From positions 23,772 to 87,771 of the forward strand of contig QPMI01000024.1 of NCBI GenBank assembly GCA_004431415.1: DNA of 64,000 bases, read 5' to 3'. Positions 9,385 to 23,800 of the stretch are shown here, piece after piece (position 1 is the first letter of the stretch; each line of letters starts with the position of its first letter). The notes beneath the pieces were generated by a model. That model was not told the origin of the DNA. It searched no databases and saw only the letters and a list, made by a program, of their open reading frames with translations. The DNA comes from Cyanophora paradoxa CCMP329 (Eukaryota; Plantae; Glaucophyta). The position numbers were made by a program, and so were the translations under genes.

Positions 9385-10767
9385 GCTCCCCCTTCGGCGC
9401 CTCGGGTCCCATCTGCGGGTCCTATCCCGCTTCCTGGCGCTCGTGAGATTCGCCGCCGGCGCCCTCGTCGGGCCCTTGCGCCCTCGAGCTCGTCTCTCTC
9501 TGCACCGCCCATGGCCATGACCTCCGTGTCATCTGATCCGGCGCCACCCGACCTTTCTCCTGCTTTGCTGCCCTCTCTTCGGCGCCGGCAGCGATCCCCG
9601 TCACCTGCTCGTGGCCCTTCCCCTGCCTCCGACCCTTCCTCGGCCCCCTCCTCGCCTCTTCCGTCTCGTCGGCCCCCGCCGCATTCCCGTCGGCGGATCT
9701 CTCGATCGACCCTGGACTCTCCGCCTGCCACTGTCTGCGGGGTACCTCCGCCGCCGTGTTTGGCGCCGGCTGTCAGTACTTTGCTCGGTAGCTCCCCGTC
9801 GTGGCTCCTCGGGGCCTCTTCGTCGTCGTCGTTCGCTGGGTTCCGGCTCCGGGTCAGATTTCTCGCCGGGCTTACCTTCTCCTGGCTCTGCTCCTGGGCC
9901 CTCAGCTCCGGGACCGGCTTCCCCGATCTCCTTCCGGACTCGTGGTCGTACCCGTCGCCGGCTTGCCGAGCCTGCGGCTCCTTCTACTTCCCCCGGCGGT
10001 TTGCCGGGCCGGACCCTCCGGCCTTTGTTCTTGATACCGGACTACCGCCTTTGTCCTTGTCTTCTGCTTCGCTGGTCGCGATCGTATCCCGCCGGCGCCG
10101 GCGTACTTCTTCGTCTTCTAGTTTAGTTCGGTCTGGTTCGGATTCTGATCGTAGTGTTGATGCTAGAGTTAGTTTCAATACTAGCTATAGTCCTCGTGCT
10201 CGACCTGTTGTTCGCCGTCGTTTGCAGTTCGATTGCCCGCCTCGACCCCGGCCGGCTTTAGTGATTCCTTTGACTGTTCTTTTGCCTGCTCTTGATCCGC
10301 CTGCTCCGCCTCCTGTGTCCTCCTCGACCTCGTGCCGTAGCTCTGCCCTTTCGCATCGTCCTGCTTCGCCTCCGCCTCCATGTCGTCTTGTTGTTCCTCT
10401 TACTTGTCTTCTTCCTGTTATTTATCTTTCTCAATTTTGTCCCCCGCTTCTTAGTGATGTAATTCCTTCTGATATTGATGGTATCTCTAGCTCTGGCTCT
10501 TCTTCGTGTCAGTTATCCTCTAGCTCTGGCTCTTCTTCGTGTCAGTTATCCTCTGTCCCTAGATCTGCTCGATTTATCGTCTCTTCTCGCAATCGATCTG
10601 TCTCGAGCTCTGTGTCTTTCCTTTTTTATTGTCGATTTTGGCTCTTTGTCTTATCTTTCTTCGTGCTCTTGTCTTAGTTATTTTGCTTTTTTGTCTCTAT
10701 GCCCCCTGGGCAGCCCCCGCAGTGCTGGTGTCTAGAGACTGTGGCCGGTAATTCACCAAAAAAAAAA
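9385..10767 (+). mobile_element. 5'-truncated LINE copy (3' region + poly-A)
   Basis: Near-identical to 31042-32428 with the same poly-A end. Confidence 0.95.
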
Positions 10768-11819
10768 GTTTTATCGTATACTCTAAACCTGAGGTGCTGG
10801 GGGGTACGTAGCGCAGGCATAGTTGCAGCGCGCGCGGGAGAAACTAGCTGTAGTGCGAGGGGAGTCTCGGACGCTCCGACAGATCTAAACCCCCTAGGCC
10901 TGGCGCGCGACGCGCCCACCCCCTTCTAAAGGCCGCTACTAAAGCGCTCCGCGCGGCCAACTCTTAATTATTTTCAGCCTACTAAACCGGCCAAAACTCG
11001 GGATTACTAAATATTTTGGGGTCTTAAATATTACCCGAATTACAGTACTTACTAAGGCCCGCAAGCTTCAGTGGCATGGACCGCAACTTCCGAAGTTCGA
11101 ATTCCGGCCCCGATTGCAAGTTCCGGCCGAGCCGGCCCGGCCCATGGCCAAGGCCCCAATTGCAAGTTCCGGCCCAACTTCCGGGCCGAGTGGGCCGAGT
11201 TCCGGAACTTCCGGCCGCGGGCCGCAAGTCACTGTGGCACCGAGTAATAAAATTGTTTTTTAAAAGTCTGATCATGAGTTGCCCCGGCCGCCAACTTGCC
11301 CGGGGTGAGTTTGAACCTTGAACCAGCCTGCAGGCTGCAGCTGGCACTGAGCCTGGCAGTGCCTGGCACTGAGCCTGGCAGTGAGCCTCGCCGAGTCGAC
11401 GTCGGACCGGAGGAACTTCTGACTCAGTGAGTCAACTACCGTAGTACTTGGCAAGTTGCGAGTCTTGCGACTCCAAAGTTCTGAGTCAACTTCTGACCGG
11501 GCGTTTGAGCCGCGCGCTGACTGAGCCTGGGGGCCTGAGCTCCGGTCCTCGGAGGGGCCGCAGGGGCGCCGCCGCGCCGGCCAGCTGGCCATGGAGAGCG
11601 TCGAAGATCATCATCTTCGATTCTGGCTATAGCCTATAGTTCGAGGCTTCGTCGAGCTCGAGCCTAGCTTCGGCTGCGACGACGACAAGCGCGCGCGCGC
11701 GCGGCGGACAGCTGCAGATCTCCGCCGCGGCCTGAGCTAGCTTCTAGCAGCGTCGACGTCGCGACGTCCGACGGTCCAACGGGCGCGCGCGCACCAGCCG
11801 CCGCAGCGTAACGCTTAGA

Positions 11820-14800
11820 ATGGCGTCGCTGTCGCCTCCTGTTTCTTCCGTTGGCGAACCCGAGATGCCGCACGTCCATGTGCGCGCGCGCGATCGCGAG
11901 CTCGCGGGTCTAGATCTCCTCAATTGCAGATGCTCCGGGATCCTAGCTGTGGCCATGGGCCTAGGAGGCTAGGCCTGCCGCGGCCGCCGCCGTGCGCGCA
12001 CAACTGAATCTTTACCTTGATTATTGATGCTTGATCTGCTTCGATTCGCCGTGCATGAGCAGATGCTCGACGGTGATCGCAACACCACCTACAGCATCGA
12101 TATCACCGCGCAGAGGTCCGCGGACCCTCCGAGGCTCGCTTCAGCGCCGCGCCGCGCAAATAAAACCACGTGCACTGACGTCGACGCGCGCCGCGCGCGC
12201 GCCCGACGCAGCGCCGGCAACGTTAACGGAGCTCCCTACGAGAAGTTCCCGACAGGCGCATACGCCGAAGTTGACCCGAAGGCCGGGTCTAGGCCCAGGG
12301 TGCGTGCGACTCGTTCAGAGCGCGCCGCGCCCGCGAGACTGTTGCTAATCTTTCGGTCGACCGTTAAACGTTAGGCCGGCGCTGACCACGGGCGCGATCG
12401 CGAGCGGCTGACTGTGCACGTGGATCGGGATCCGGAACCGCTCTGGCCGGACGCGCTGCGTGGCCGCATCGGACTGGAGCCGGACCCCCTGATCGAAAGC
12501 GCGAATGGCAAGATGTCCCTCCCCCCCGGGGCCTCGGTCCAGAAGCCCCTGGACGTCGACCACCCCGAGGTGGTCCGCGGGCACCTCGAGCACGAGTGCG
12601 CGCGCGAGCCTTTGACTCGGCTGATTCGAGTTCGAATTGGCTCAGCATGCGCGAGCGTTGTTACTAAATGTTAACGCCGCGGCGACAGGTTCCGCTTCCT
12701 GCGCCTCAATCTGAAGCGCGCGCTCCTCTTCAACGTCACTTACACGAGGTTCGCTTGCTTCATGATCATCTGCTAACCGATGCGTACTGATGTCATTCTC
12801 GGCCGCAAATCAAAGAATCAAGCTGATTCGCGAGCTGATCCTCTTTCTTGGGTTCCTGTTACTGTTCTACGCAATGGTTCAGAAATCTTCTGCAACGTGC
12901 ACATGCATCGGAGATTGATTTCACTGACTGCATTCGCGAATTAGGTCATCTTGCTCATGCCGCTGAGCCGCTCCTATGAACACTCGGGCCAGCTCACTGC
13001 CGCTGGAGGTGCGGGCGCTCGTGTATATGACTGTATGTCTGCATTTTTCCAACGTATTTCGCGCCGGCTTTAGGTCTCCTGAACCTTCACCCCGTTCCGG
13101 TGCGCATGGAGTCCTAGCCATGATGGCACGTCTCTCTCGAGCGCGCCGATATATCCGGTCCACAGGGCCAGAAGGTATCGCTGAACGAGTCCTTCCCTTT
13201 CTTCATGGCATCGAACACGATCGAGGACGTGTACAAGTGGACGAGGGAGATCCTCATCCCCCTCCTGACCCCCGCCGACGGCGAGTCCGAGATCTACGGC
13301 CGCTTCCAGCGCCCCCTGTCCACCATCGACATTCGTCAGGTTCATAGAACCGCGAGCAGACCACGATATCCCTCAATGAATATCGATCGTATTGTACACA
13401 GAATCGCGTGAGCCCAAAGGCGACGAAAGACTGCCTCAATCCGTCGGTGGTGGAAAAAGTCTTCGGCTTGAAATCAGTGTGCTTCGGAGACTGTGCGCAA
13501 ACCCCCTTCTAGATCTGACTGCATGCGTACGCTGATTCCGGCTCCAATCGTTTGCATGAACAGGGAGTGCCAGGTGTGGTTTCCTTGCTTAATGATATAT
13601 ATCGATCCGGATGCGTAGCAACTCTTCGAATTCGGTGACTTCGGTTTTGGGTCCCTGCAGCGGGGTGAAGGAGTACCGGATGCCGCTCGACTTCAGCGGT
13701 CCTCAATACGCCAAGCAGGTTGCCATGGGCTTGAAGAAGAAGTACGAGTGGACGGACAACCTAAGCGAGCTTCGAGCCTCCCGCTACTGGTCTAGAATGC
13801 AGGTGTTTGCAATCGCGTCCATTTTCCCTACGTTCTGATTTGCTTGAACGTCTGAACCTGACACGCGAATGCAGCAAGACAACATTGACACTTACGGGGA
13901 GGGCGGCTACGTGCACTTTATCGATGTTGCAATCGACCGCGATGCAGGAAATGCTATGGAGGTTCGCAAACGCGCGCAAGATGAGATCCAGGCGCTTCAG
14001 GAAGCTCGCTGGATTGACGGTAACTCGAGCTCTACTTTTTAGACCTCGCCTTACCTAAAAAGCTTGCAATTGTACGGATGAAGATAAATTCATGTTGTCG
14101 CAGACAATACGCGAGCCGCCGCAATCAGCTTCGCGCTCTACAACAAGCACACGAACGTAAGCGCGCTAGCTTCTTATACTCCCTATTCGCTCTTGCTCTG
14201 AACTGAACATTAATTTTTCGAACGCAGATTTACACGATTGCGGAGCTCCTTATCGAAACGCCGACCTCGGGATTCATCATTCCGTCCCACTCTGTCCGCC
14301 CCGTCTACATTTTCCTGGCCGAGAACACATGTGCGCCGCGCTGCATCAGAGTTTGGGCTGGCTCTTGTGCATTCTTCGACATTTGTTTGACGCATCTTTC
14401 TTGCAGTGCAGAATGTTTTCCTCGCGATCTACGCCGGCTGGGTCATTGCCATTAGTGCGCGCTTCCTCATACTGAGCTGAAGACAGTCTACGTATACCCC
14501 AGCTAACGAGTGCTCGCGTGCCCGGGTGGCGATGTCGCATCCGCACAAGTGCAGTTCTATCGGAATTCTTTGAGATGGCCCGGCAGCGTCTCGACTACGT
14601 CGGGAACTTTTGGAATATTGTCGAAACACTGCTCTGCTGCCTGCACGCGTACCTGGGCTACAAGTTTGTCCTGTACTACGACTACAGGTGAGACAATGTC
14701 GCTAGCTATCGATGAAATCGTATTGACTCTCGTTTAATTTGTGTACAGCTACAACGTCTTTAACGCGGTGAGCGGCCAGTGCAATTAATATATTGCAATC

Positions 14801-17800
14801 GTTGTTCGAGCCCTGAATTCCGACTGTCTACGACAGATTACGCTCCAGCAACCGCCGGATTTCACAAGAGCAATCAGCAACCTGCAAAAGATTCGAAATA
14901 TGAACCGAGATGTCTCCGACGTTGCGGGTGCGAATGCATTGCAATTGCAAATTTAATTATTTAAACGATTACATGCATTGTCAGTCTTACTCGCGCTTTC
15001 GTATTCAAATTTCAGGTGTCATGGTCGTCATTTACGGGTTCAGGCTCTTCAAATACTTCCGAATTAAGCCCCAGCTCTACATCCTCTGGTCGACCATCGT
15101 GCACGCCTGGCAACCGTGCGCTGGCGGTGTAGACTTTGATCTAGCTCCTCATGTCGCTGATCGAATTTTAATATTAGAATTCTCGGCTTCGTCGTTGTGA
15201 TTCTTATCCTCTTCGCGGCCTTTGCCCTCGCCGGCATGATCGTGTTCGGCTTCCAAGTGCTCGAGTTCCGCAATTTCACCGAGTCGGTGCGCTGGCGCTG
15301 CAAACAGCGCTCAAATTGGCATGCGTGGTTCTGTTGTGCGCGGGGTGCGTGCTGATTCTTCATTTACAGTACGCCAACCTCTTCCGTTTCCTGCTCGGAG
15401 ATGTACGATTCGCTGCGCATGCGCTTCATTCGTAACCGCCCGATCTGATTCAAGCAATCGCAGTTCGATTACCCGACATGGGCGGACACGTCGCGAGGCT
15501 CCGGCGTCGTGTTCTTCATGTGCTTCGTCGTATTCATTATCCTCATCTTCACCAATGTCTTCATCGCCATTGTCAACAAGAGGCGCGGCCCCTTTCTTCG
15601 ACTGTTTGCTCCTCATTTCTTACTCGAATTTCGCCCGGGTCGCGGTCATGCATGCGCAGCTACGACGAAATGTACAGGTCAGCGCTAACGCCGTCAGCGC
15701 TTTAGCTAGCTATAGCGCGATTCAATCGACTCGTCGTCAATCATTTGCATATGCATGATCTCACTACAGTATATCTAGCTTCGTCTTAGCAATACCTGTG
15801 CTGACGTCTTCCTTGCAATCGCGATCAGAAAAACGAAGGGGGAGGAGCAGGAGGAGGCGGACACAATCAAGGAGCACGGATCGATGTCGCCTTGGAGCAA
15901 CGCCTTCTTCTCCTCGTAAGCATCTCAATTATAACGTTCTCCCATACGCAACTCGCGTTTCAAGTTCTTGAACGGCTTACTCTGCACAGCATTACTCTGT
16001 CTTCGCAGCCGCGGGAGGACCAGAACGCAATCCTTGAGAAAGTGACGTGGGCCGACCCGACGGCCCCTACGTCGAGTTCCTCCGATGTCAAAGGGAATCG
16101 GCCGGTCGACCGCACAGGGCTCATGATGTCTTCAAAGACGCTACCCGACGTACGTATACGCGCTCCGGGCTCGTTCGCTTCGCAGCGTATATATATGTAC
16201 CTCGCGATTGATCGCAACCTCTTCGCGGCAGTTGTCACGCCCGACGGCTTAGGGGACATGATCGGAAAAGAACCCGTACTGCTGCCTTCGAGCTCTTCAG
16301 CCAAATGGAGCATGCAGAGTTCCCCCATGTCAAATGGCATGAGCTCGTCGGGCCTTAACACTCGCAGAGATTCGTGCCTGGTGAGGGAGAGAATGATCAT
16401 GAATTTCGATACATGTATACAGCAATCTCGAAATGTGACCTATCGCTTTCGACACAGGATTGCGTTCAAATTCCCACGGGCAAAAACACGGAGACACGCT
16501 TGCGGGTACGATCGATCCTCGATACATTTACTTGAGCACTCGGCGGCTGATCGTGAGCACTCGGCCGCGGGCAGATTTGGTTCAAAGTCAGCTCGCGCCA
16601 CGACAAGGCTTTCTACCAAGCCAAGCTTGACGAGAAGGGGAACGTTGTACGTGTGGAGAAGCCATCGCCCGTTCGCGTCAACGCAGTCGAGGACGGGAGT
16701 CCCGTCAGCCCAGTAGCGAAAGCGCAGTCGGGCGGCCCGAGCTCGAAGCAGACCGGTACCTACGATGTTTGGAGCGTGTACGCAAGCGGGCGGCCCCACC
16801 ACATGCGCTTCATGTTTGACGTGCGCCCACTCTCTTTGGCTTTTAATTGAATTTCTTCTTCATGTTGCGAAATCTTGTCCCATCGCAGGTTCTGAGCGAA
16901 GGAGCGGAGGCGTTTATGCAAGACCTTGCGCTCAGCGACCAGCAAACGAAGACGTTGAGCTCGAGGCTGCGCAACGGAGTCATCTTCACGACGCTGCGAA
17001 AGCTTTTCCCCTGCTTCGGAGGGCCGAAGCCGAGCGCCGCCTCCGATGAGTACGGCCAGGCTTACTCGGAGGCTGAGCGCAGAATTCACCTGCGATCCGT
17101 ATACGTGCGTGGCATTAATATTTTAGACTAATCCACCATAGTAGTATAGTAAACGGGTATGATAACGATCATATAAAATACCAACAAGCACATCGACGTA
17201 GCGCAAGCACGCAAGGGCGCCGGCATTAATATTGTAGAGCGATGTACATGTCTCGTTAAAGCACGTGACCCGCGCGCGATCGACAGGCCCCGGGGCGTAC
17301 GCCGCGTCGTACGCCCCGGGGCCGGCGCCCTCCACTGCCCGGCCCCCGCGGGCGAGCTGACGAAGGGGGAGGAGCAGGAGGAGGCGGACACAATCAAGGA
17401 GCACGGATCGATGTCGCTGATCGACCTCGCCCTGTCGCAGTCCGTCCGCCCCGCGCGCGTCGTTGGCGCCGCGTGACGCTCCTCTTCAACGTCACTTACA
17501 CGAGGTTCGCTTGCTTCATGATCATCTGCTAACCGATGCGTACTGATGTCATTCTCGGCCGCAAATCAAAGAATCAAGCTGATTCGCGAGCTGATCCTCT
17601 TTCTTGGGTTCCTGTTACTGTTCTACGCAATGGTTCAGAAATCTTCTGCAACGTGCACATGCATCGGAGATTGATTTCACTGACTGCATTCGCGAATTAG
17701 GTCATCTTGCTCATGCCGCTGAGCCGCTCCTATGAACACTCGGGCCAGCTCACTGCCGCTGGAGGTGCGGGCGCTCGTGTATATGACTGTATGTCTGCAT

Positions 17801-20800
17801 TTTTCCAACGTATTTCGCGCCGGCTTTAGGTCTCCTGAACCTTCACCCCGTTCCGGTGCGCATGGAGTCCTAGCCATGATGGCACGTCTCTCTCGAGCGC
17901 GCCGATATATCCGGTCCACAGGGCCAGAAGGTATCGCTGAACGAGTCCTTCCCTTTCTTCATGGCATCGAACACGATCGAGGACGTGTACAAGTGGACGA
18001 GGGAGATCCTCATCCCCTCCTGACCCCGCCGACGGCGAGTCCGAGATCTACGGCCGCTTCCAGCGCCCCTGTCCACCATCGACATTCGTCAGGTTCATAG
18101 AACCGCGAGCAGACCACGATATCCCTCAATGAATATCGATCGTATTGTACACAGAATCGCGTGAGCCCAAAGGCGACGAAAGACTGCCTCAATCCGTCGG
18201 TGGTGGAAAAAGTCTTCGGCTTGAAATCAGTGTGCTTCGGAGACTGTGCGCAAACCCCCTTCTAGATCTGACTGCATGCGTACGCTGATTCCGGCTCCAA
18301 TCGTTTGCATGAACAGGGAGTGCCAGGTGTGGTTTCCTTGCTTAATGATATATATCGATCCGGATGCGTAGCAACTCTTCGAATTCGGTGACTTCGGTTT
18401 TGGGTCCCTGCAGCGGGGTGAAGGAGTACCGGATGCCGCTCGACTTCAGCGGTCCTCAATACGCCAAGCAGGTTGCCATGGGCTTGAAGAAGAAGTACGA
18501 GTGGACGGACAACCTAAGCGAGCTTCGAGCCTCCCGCTACTGGTCTAGAATGCAGGTGTTTGCAATCGCGTCCATTTTCCCTACGTTCTGATTTGCTTGA
18601 ACGTCTGAACCTGACACGCGAATGCAGCAAGACAACATTGACACTTACGGGAGGGCGGCTACGTGCACTTTATCGATGTTGCAATCGACCGCGATGCAGG
18701 AAATGCTATGGAGGTTCGCAAACGCGCGCAAGATGAGATCCAGGCGCTTCAGGAAGCTCGCTGGATTGACGGTAACTCGAGCTCTACTTTTTAGACCTCG
18801 CCTTACCTAAAAAGCTTGCAATTGTACGGATGAAGATAAATTCATGTTGTCGCAGACAATACGCGAGCCGCCGCAATCAGCTTCGCGCTCTACAACAAGC
18901 ACACGAACGTAAGCGCGCTAGCTTCTTATACTCCCTATTCGCTCTTGCTCTGAACTGAACATTAATTTTTCGAACGCAGATTTACACGATTGCGGAGCTC
19001 CTTATCGAAACGCCGACCTCGGGATTCATCATTCCGTCCCACTCTGTCCGCCCGTCTACATTTTCCTGGCCGAGAACACATGTGCGCCGCGCTGCATCAG
19101 AGTTTGGGCTGGCTCTTGTGCATTCTTCGACATTTGTTTGACGCATCTTTCTTGCAGTGCAGAATGTTTTCCTCGCGATCTACGCCGGCTGGGTCATTGC
19201 CATTAGTGCGCGCTTCCTCATACTGAGCTGAAGACAGTCTACGTATACCCCAGCTAACGAGTGCTCGCGTGCCCGGGTGGCGATGTCGCATCCGCACAAG
19301 TGCAGTTCTATCGGAATTCTTTGAGATGGCCCGGCAGCGTCTCGACTACGTCGGGAACTTTTGGAATATTGTCGAAACACTGCTCTGCTGCCTGCACGCG
19401 TACCTGGGCTACAAGTTTGTCCTGTACTACGACTACAGGTGAGACAATGTCGCTAGCTATCGATGAAATCGTATTGACTCTCGTTTAATTTGTGTACAGC
19501 TACAACGTCTTTAACGCGGTGAGCGGCCAGTGCAATTAATATATTGCAATCGTTGTTCGAGCCCTGAATTCCGACTGTCTACGACAGATTACGCTCCAGC
19601 AACCGCCGGATTTCACAAGAGCAATCAGCAACCTGCAAAAGATTCGAAATATGAACCGAGATGTCTCCGACGTTGCGGGTGCGAATGCATTGCAATTGCA
19701 AATTTAATTATTTAAACGATTACATGCATTGTCAGTCTTACTCGCGCTTTCGTATTCAAATTTCAGGTGTCATGGTCGTCATTTACGGGTTCAGGCTCTT
19801 CAAATACTTCCGAATTAAGCCCCAGCTCTACATCCTCTGGTCGACCATCGTGCACGCCTGGCAACCGTGCGCTGGCGGTGTAGACTTTGATCTAGCTCCT
19901 CATGTCGCTGATCGAATTTTAATATTAGAATTCTCGGCTTCGTCGTTGTGATTCTTATCCTCTTCGCGGCCTTTGCCCTCGCCGGCATGATCGTGTTCGG
20001 CTTCCAAGTGCTCGAGTTCCGCAATTTCACCGAGTCGGTGCGCTGGCGCTGCAAACAGCGCTCAAATTGGCATGCGTGGTTCTGTTGTGCGCGGGTGCGT
20101 GCTGATTCTTCATTTACAGTACGCCAACCTCTTCCGTTTCCTGCTCGGAGATGTACGATTCGCTGCGCATGCGCTTCATTCGTAACCGCCCGATCTGATT
20201 CAAGCAATCGCAGTTCGATTACCCGACATGGGCGGACACGTCGCGAGGCTCCGGCGTCGTGTTCTTCATGTGCTTCGTCGTATTCATTATCCTCATCTTC
20301 ACCAATGTCTTCATCGCCATTGTCAACAAGAGGCGCGGCCCCTTTCTTCGACTGTTTGCTCCTCATTTCTTACTCGAATTTCGCCCGGGTCGCGGTCATG
20401 CATGCGCAGCTACGACGAAATGTACAGGTCAGCGCTAACGCCGTCAGCGCTTTAGCTAGCTATAGCGCGATTCAATCGACTCGTCGTCAATCATTTGCAT
20501 ATGCATGATCTCACTACAGTATATCTAGCTTCGTCTTAGCAATACCTGTGCTGACGTCTTCCTTGCAATCGCGATCAGAAAAACGAAGGGGGAGGAGCAG
20601 GAGGAGGCGGACACAATCAAGGAGCACGGATCGATGTCGCCTTGGAGCAACGCCTTCTTCTCCTCGTAAGCATCTCAATTATAACGTTCTCCCATACGCA
20701 ACTCGCGTTTCAAGTTCTTGAACGGCTTACTCTGCACAGCATTACTCTGTCTTCGCAGCCGCGGGAGGACCAGAACGCAATCCTTGAGAAAGTGACGTGG

Positions 20801-23800
20801 GCCGACCCGACGGCCCCTACGTCGAGTTCCTCCGATGTCAAAGGGAATCGGCCGGTCGACCGCACAGGGCTCATGATGTCTTCAAAGACGCTACCCGACG
20901 TACGTATACGCGCTCCGGGCTCGTTCGCTTCGCAGCGTATATATATGTACCTCGCGATTGATCGCAACCTCTTCGCGGCAGTTGTCACGCCCGACGGCTT
21001 AGGGGACATGATCGGAAAAGAACCCGTACTGCTGCCTTCGAGCTCTTCAGCCAAATGGAGCATGCAGAGTTCCCCCATGTCAAATGGCATGAGCTCGTCG
21101 GGCCTTAACACTCGCAGAGATTCGTGCCTGGTGAGGGAGAGAATGATCATGAATTTCGATACATGTATACAGCAATCTCGAAATGTGACCTATCGCTTTC
21201 GACACAGGATTGCGTTCAAATTCCCACGGGCAAAAACACGGAGACACGCTTGCGGGTACGATCGATCCTCGATACATTTACTTGAGCACTCGGCGGCTGA
21301 TCGTGAGCACTCGGCCGCGGGCAGATTTGGTTCAAAGTCAGCTCGCGCCACGACAAGGCTTTCTACCAAGCCAAGCTTGACGAGAAGGGGAACGTTGTAC
21401 GTGTGGAGAAGCCATCGCCCGTTCGCGTCAACGCAGTCGAGGACGGGAGTCCCGTCAGCCCAGTAGCGAAAGCGCAGTCGGGCGGCCCGAGCTCGAAGCA
21501 GACCGGTACCTACGATGTTTGGAGCGTGTACGCAAGCGGGCGGCCCCACCACATGCGCTTCATGTTTGACGTGCGCCCACTCTCTTTGGCTTTTAATTGA
21601 ATTTCTTCTTCATGTTGCGAAATCTTGTCCCATCGCAGGTTCTGAGCGAAGGAGCGGAGGCGTTTATGCAAGACCTTGCGCTCAGCGACCAGCAAACGAA
21701 GACGTTGAGCTCGAGGCTGCGCAACGGAGTCATCTTCACGACGCTGCGAAAGCTTTTCCCCTGCTTCGGAGGGCCGAAGCCGAGCGCCGCCTCCGATGAG
21801 TACGGCCAGGCTTACTCGGAGGCTGAGCGCAGAATTCACCTGCGATCCGTATACGTGCGTGGCATTAATATTTTAGACTAATCCACCATAGTAGTATAGT
21901 AAACGGGTATGATAACGATCATATAAAATACCAACAAGCACATCGACGTAGCGCAAGCACGCAAGGGCGCCGGCATTAATATTGTAGAGCGATGTACATG
22001 TCTCGTTAAAGCACGTGACCCGCGCGCGATCGACAGCGCGGCGTAAACAAACACGGCTCGTTCATCGACTTTGAAGTCCTGAAAATCGGCAAGGCGTTCA
22101 CGGATCCGAACGATGGCGCGAGCGGCCTGCAACCGTTCCAGCTCGCCGTAGAGGGAGCGCTGACTCTCGAGTTCGTGCCCAAGACGTTCACCTGGGTGCG
22201 CCGACAATTGCATTTGCAGCGATTGCGATGTGCATGGAATGGCAGGATCGCGATCGCTCACCGGTTGCTGCGCGTTCGCAGTCCTGGTTCCAACGCACGG
22301 CGATGTCCCCGACGCTTGACGCGGCGAGGTTAGCCGGAATGCTAGCGCTCGCTATATATATCGCAGGCCGCTTGGTCTCCTCTGAATCGACTTGATTGGA
22401 CAGGGAGACGTACTTCAACCAGCGCTGCAAGCGGGAGCTCGAGTGGAGCGGGGTCGAGATCCGCGAGGGCATCAGCCGCGCTGGGCGCGGGCTCGGCCAC
22501 TTCCTGCGGCGCCTGGCGCGCCACTACCTTATCTCCCCGGAGGAGGTGAGACACACATAAGCATAAAATAAAATATAAGTGCACGACGCTGTGATGAGCT
22601 CTGAATTTATAATTAAAGCTCTGCGTACGCTCCCCCCGCGAGGTTCTCGCAACGCGGCCTCACCGAACTCCCCGGCCCCCGCGCGCAGCTGGAGAGCTTC
22701 ATCGTAAGGCTCGTCCGCGCGCACCGCGTCATGAAGCAGTGGAAGTGCGTACTAGTATCTATGTGCTTGATTATAAGCTTGTATATGTTTAAATTTACGC
22801 GCTCGCCGACGTCGACCTGATCATTATTCTCGTACAGGCTGAACGCCGTGATGGCGGAGGGCGAGCTCACTTTTGAGAACGAGTCCTTCGGCGAAGCGGA
22901 GCAGAACAAGGACGTCTGGGTGAACGCGAGCGGCCCCGGCGTCGTGGGCGCCATCGATCAGTGGGCCGTCAACGCCGTCCTCGAGGTGGGCAAGGACGAG
23001 GTCGCGCTGGAAGGGTGCGTGTGCCGTACAGTTTGGACAATGGTCATCTAATATGATCATGATGTAATCAGGATGATAGAAGACTTGAAGAAGCAACTGA
23101 GGGAGCTCACCGAAATGGAGCGGAACAAGCCGAAAACTGTCGCGGAACAAGCCGAAAATATTCGCCGCAAGAAGGACGCCGTCCTGCACCTTCAGTCGAA
23201 GGTATGTTTCGGTTCAGAATTCGTATATATATCGGACCTTAGCGACGGCACCGAGCTCGAGCGGGCCCGTCAACGCGCGCGCGCAGATCCGCGAGAAGTC
23301 CGACAAGATCACATCGCTCCGCGACAAGCTGAAGCAGATGAACGGGACATCCATCCTCCCCGACACCCTCAGATTCGACGAGGTCTGTTGTCCATGTATA
23401 CATATTTATTTCGGCGACTGGCTCTGTATACGCAAGTAGAATGCGCCGTACGCGTCTTAGAGATGTTGTCTCGCAGCTCTGCTACCTCGTGCGCCAGGAG
23501 GCGCTGCTTCAGTGGGAGGCGCGCGCCGGTGACAACATTCGGCGCACGTTCCTCATCGGCAAGCCCCTCGAGTGGATCCTGGGAACCCGCATCGACGCCG
23601 CCGCTCTGGCTCGCGAGACGAAGCGCATGTTTCTTGGTGCGCTCGTACAGTTGGGAGCCTTCTTTTTAGCTAAAACTAGGAGACTCGTCTTACTGTTTTT
23701 GACGGATCGCTTCAACTTTCCTTGTCAGATTTCTCTCTCGAGTGCTTCGACTACATCGACGAGGCGGCTGAGGCGAGAGACTACGTCCCACGCCCTATCG

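Noticed and set aside
11060-11310. AAGTTCCGGCC repeat cluster as a MITE
   Set aside because: No convincing TIR pair or TSD found.
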